From positions 1-64,000 of IMG/VR virus record IMGVR_UViG_3300024239_000015: a DNA stretch of 64,000 nt. One strand, given 5' to 3'. Under the pieces are notes generated by a model that saw nothing but the letters and a program-made list of their open reading frames with translations, was not told the origin of the DNA and did no database searches. Made by a program: the position numbers and the translations under genes. This document shows, in pieces, positions 62,113 to 64,000 of this stretch. The number at the start of each line of letters is the position of its first letter. The stretch's first letter is position 1.

Positions 62113-62619
62113 TTAACGAATTTCAATCACCACCGGAAGATGGTCTCTTAAGAAATCCAACAGAACAGGTAAAGACGCACGATTGTCCTGCCAATTTGGA
62201 TTGCTTGGTTTGATTAACAGTTTCTTCACAAACTCTAAAGGAACTCCCCATTGCAGCGCTAAGTCACTATACCGCAGTCTCGACTCTTTGTAGTACCTAC
62301 GGATAAATAGGTAAAGATCCAGGTGGAGATTCAGATTGGTAGTCTTGATTTCCCCTGGAGTTTCACTTTCACCCACGAGTACACGAAACGGAGCTAACGT
62401 CGCTGAGAAGTCTACGAGCGTTTGAATACAATACCGTGTTTGGTAATACACGCTACGGTCTAACGCTAAACCACGGAGGTTCGTGATCTCTTTCTCTTCA
62501 GTGTCGAGTTTCCTTGCTCGCTCTGCGTTGTCTTTACATGTCATTAGGTGTGACATCACAAAGATGGCGAGCCTACGCCTGAACTGAGGTTTCGTCTCGT
62601 ACTCAATTTCTACTAACAT
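62113..62619 (-). CDS. Putative tandem-HTH protein (paralog 3)
   Basis: Start MLVEIEYE..FRRRLA; YYKESRLRYSDLALQWGV. Confidence 0.65.
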   Translation of the reverse strand: MLVEIEYETKPQFRRRLAIFVMSHLMTCKDNAERARKLDTEEKEITNLRGLALDRSVYYQTRYCIQTLVDFSATLAPFRVLVGESETPGEIKTTNLNLHLDLYLFIRRYYKESRLRYSDLALQWGVPLEFVKKLLIKPSNPNWQDNRASLPVLLDFLRDHLPVVIEIR

Positions 62620-62621
62620 AC

Positions 62622-63002
62622 TTAATCCATTAACTTGATTACTAACACAGCCGCTCTGTGGGGGTTTGTCCAATGCCCGTCTTCGAACACTTCTAAGAAG
62701 CACAATAGAAAACGACGACCATCTTTATACCGCACTTCTATTCTATCTTCTACTGGTATTTGAGTCGGGTAGTGGATGTTCAGCAGCACACGGCTAGAAG
62801 AACTAACACAAAGAAGTCCTAAATAAGGTTCTTCGCCGTACGTACGTGTGATTTCAACTGAAGGAAACGCGATGGAGTCGCTGGTCAGTGAGGGTATCTG
62901 ATCCAGTAACCAACTCGATACCTGGGACGGAATCCCGTGTTTTGTAACCACCGAAACTTCAAAGTTATCCGTCGAGAATACCTGATTTACAAAGTCTGTC
63001 AT
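62622..63002 (-). CDS. Hypothetical protein (126 aa)
   Basis: GGGAG RBS; 4-nt overlap with the upstream gene. Confidence 0.65.
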   Translation of the reverse strand: MTDFVNQVFSTDNFEVSVVTKHGIPSQVSSWLLDQIPSLTSDSIAFPSVEITRTYGEEPYLGLLCVSSSSRVLLNIHYPTQIPVEDRIEVRYKDGRRFLLCFLEVFEDGHWTNPHRAAVLVIKLMD

Positions 63003-63190
63003 GTTTTGTCTCCCAATGGAAGTGAGTTCCCTCTATTAGCTAACTTCCTGTACGTCTCTACCGCTAACGTCAGGTGTTTGTTTAACGCGTCGAACTTACG
63101 GTTTTTCCAGAGTTCATGTGCTTCAGAACCCGGAGCGATACACAGTTCCCCGTGTTGAGGGTGTTGGTAAGTGATAGTTGCTTTATTCAT
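62999..63190 (-). CDS. Hypothetical protein (63 aa)
   Basis: Coupled to both neighbours; RBS-like GGAG upstream. Confidence 0.6.
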   Translation of the reverse strand: MNKATITYQHPQHGELCIAPGSEAHELWKNRKFDALNKHLTLAVETYRKLANRGNSLPLGDKT

Positions 63191-63192
63191 CG

Positions 63193-63933
63193 CTACTCCG
63201 CTGGGATTAAGTCGATTGTGATTAACTTAAAGCTACCGTCTGCTGTTTGGATTCCACGTAAACCCATTTTCACCTCCCCTTTCTGTATACCTTCATACGC
63301 CGTCTGGGTGATTGGTTGTACGTGAGCTACATACGTGTGTGGATGTACGCGAGTAAGTTCTACTGTAGCCCCAACACGCTCAGGTTTAACTTCAAACGCA
63401 CGACGCTCCCATTCCTCGTCTGACATCTCAGGCGTGCGGATAGGGCGTCCGTATTCGGCGTGAAACGTTTTCTCTAAAGGAAATTCGTATTTCTCCAACT
63501 CCCGTGTAACGACATCTATCGGAATCCCCTTTGCTACAGCAAATCCGTTCAGATCACCTAACATTATCGTCGTGTACCCTTTTGGTAAGTAAGGGTCTAT
63601 CGCGACCGGTGTATCAAACATTTTGCTGCATTCCCATAACGCACGAGTGGCTTCTTTTACACCGTGTGTGTTTGCTAGGAATAGCAAAGTTGCTTCAGCG
63701 CCACCAGCGCGGATCGTAGTATCGGGGATAACCACACAGTAACCAATACCGTGATAGCATGCTCTGAGTATCGCGATAGGGTCGTGTTCTACAACAACGT
63801 CGATATGAAACCATTTCTGTGGTTTATGCCCTTCAGCGGTGGTTAAACACGCCCCTTTACGTAAGTTCGTCTGGGCGTACGTCGTGTCCGGCGGCGATTG
63901 AAATTTCCCGTACCACTTTAGTAAATGAAACAA
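63193..63933 (-). CDS. Protein with a C-terminal, apparently inactive prohead-protease-like domain
   Basis: GYTTIMLGDLN..AEYGRP..PEMSDEEWERR..V..V..GLRG..LITIDL resembles phiKZ gp175/T4 gp21-type proteases; start uncertain. Confidence 0.5.
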   Translation of the reverse strand: MFHLLKWYGKFQSPPDTTYAQTNLRKGACLTTAEGHKPQKWFHIDVVVEHDPIAILRACYHGIGYCVVIPDTTIRAGGAEATLLFLANTHGVKEATRALWECSKMFDTPVAIDPYLPKGYTTIMLGDLNGFAVAKGIPIDVVTRELEKYEFPLEKTFHAEYGRPIRTPEMSDEEWERRAFEVKPERVGATVELTRVHPHTYVAHVQPITQTAYEGIQKGEVKMGLRGIQTADGSFKLITIDLIPAE

Positions 63934-64000
63934 ACCCGCAGTGGTTTCGAATGGAACGTGAAATTTCTGCTTTCCCTTGAACGCATCGATGACAAGGTAG

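Noticed and set aside
2154-63719. Numerous short opposite-strand ORFs in the six-frame track (e.g. 2734-3198, 11991-12488, 42519-42890, 57126-57503)
   Set aside because: They lie antisense to long, motif-bearing genes, lack RBSs and have atypical composition; shadow ORFs.
1-64000. tRNA, rRNA or CRISPR arrays
   Set aside because: No cloverleaf with T-loop/anticodon arms, rRNA signature or repeat-spacer array was seen in the intergenic gaps inspected. A tRNAscan-SE run would be definitive.

Overview
This window is part of a nucleus-forming jumbo phage genome (phiKZ-like, Chimalliviridae), almost all on the minus strand. Positions 258-32.7 kb hold the core replication/nucleus block in phiKZ-like order: an SF2 helicase with an intein, non-virion RNAP subunits (beta'-C, beta-C, sigma-like, beta'-N), PicA-, ChmC- and ChmA-like genes, an SbcD-like nuclease, a family B DNA polymerase, an array of eight small probable paralogs and PhuZ. 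Positions 32.7-50.2 kb hold a virion module: SNF2-like helicase, head protein, terminase, baseplate-region proteins, tail sheath and tail tube. Positions 50.2-64 kb are accessory genes. Three group I introns interrupt RNAP genes. Two of them cut beta'-N into three exons, including a 114-nt exon the ORF track misses, and one of these carries an HNH endonuclease in its P1 loop. The most notable items are a Tad1-like immune-signal sponge with an extra C-terminal domain, a class-3 intein that begins with Leu, the eight-gene paralog array, two candidate small RNAs upstream of the polymerase, a catalytically dead prohead-protease paralog, paralogous lipoproteins and HTH-like proteins, and three recurring regulatory motifs. 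All family assignments come from motif recognition and gene order by eye; no database searches were run.
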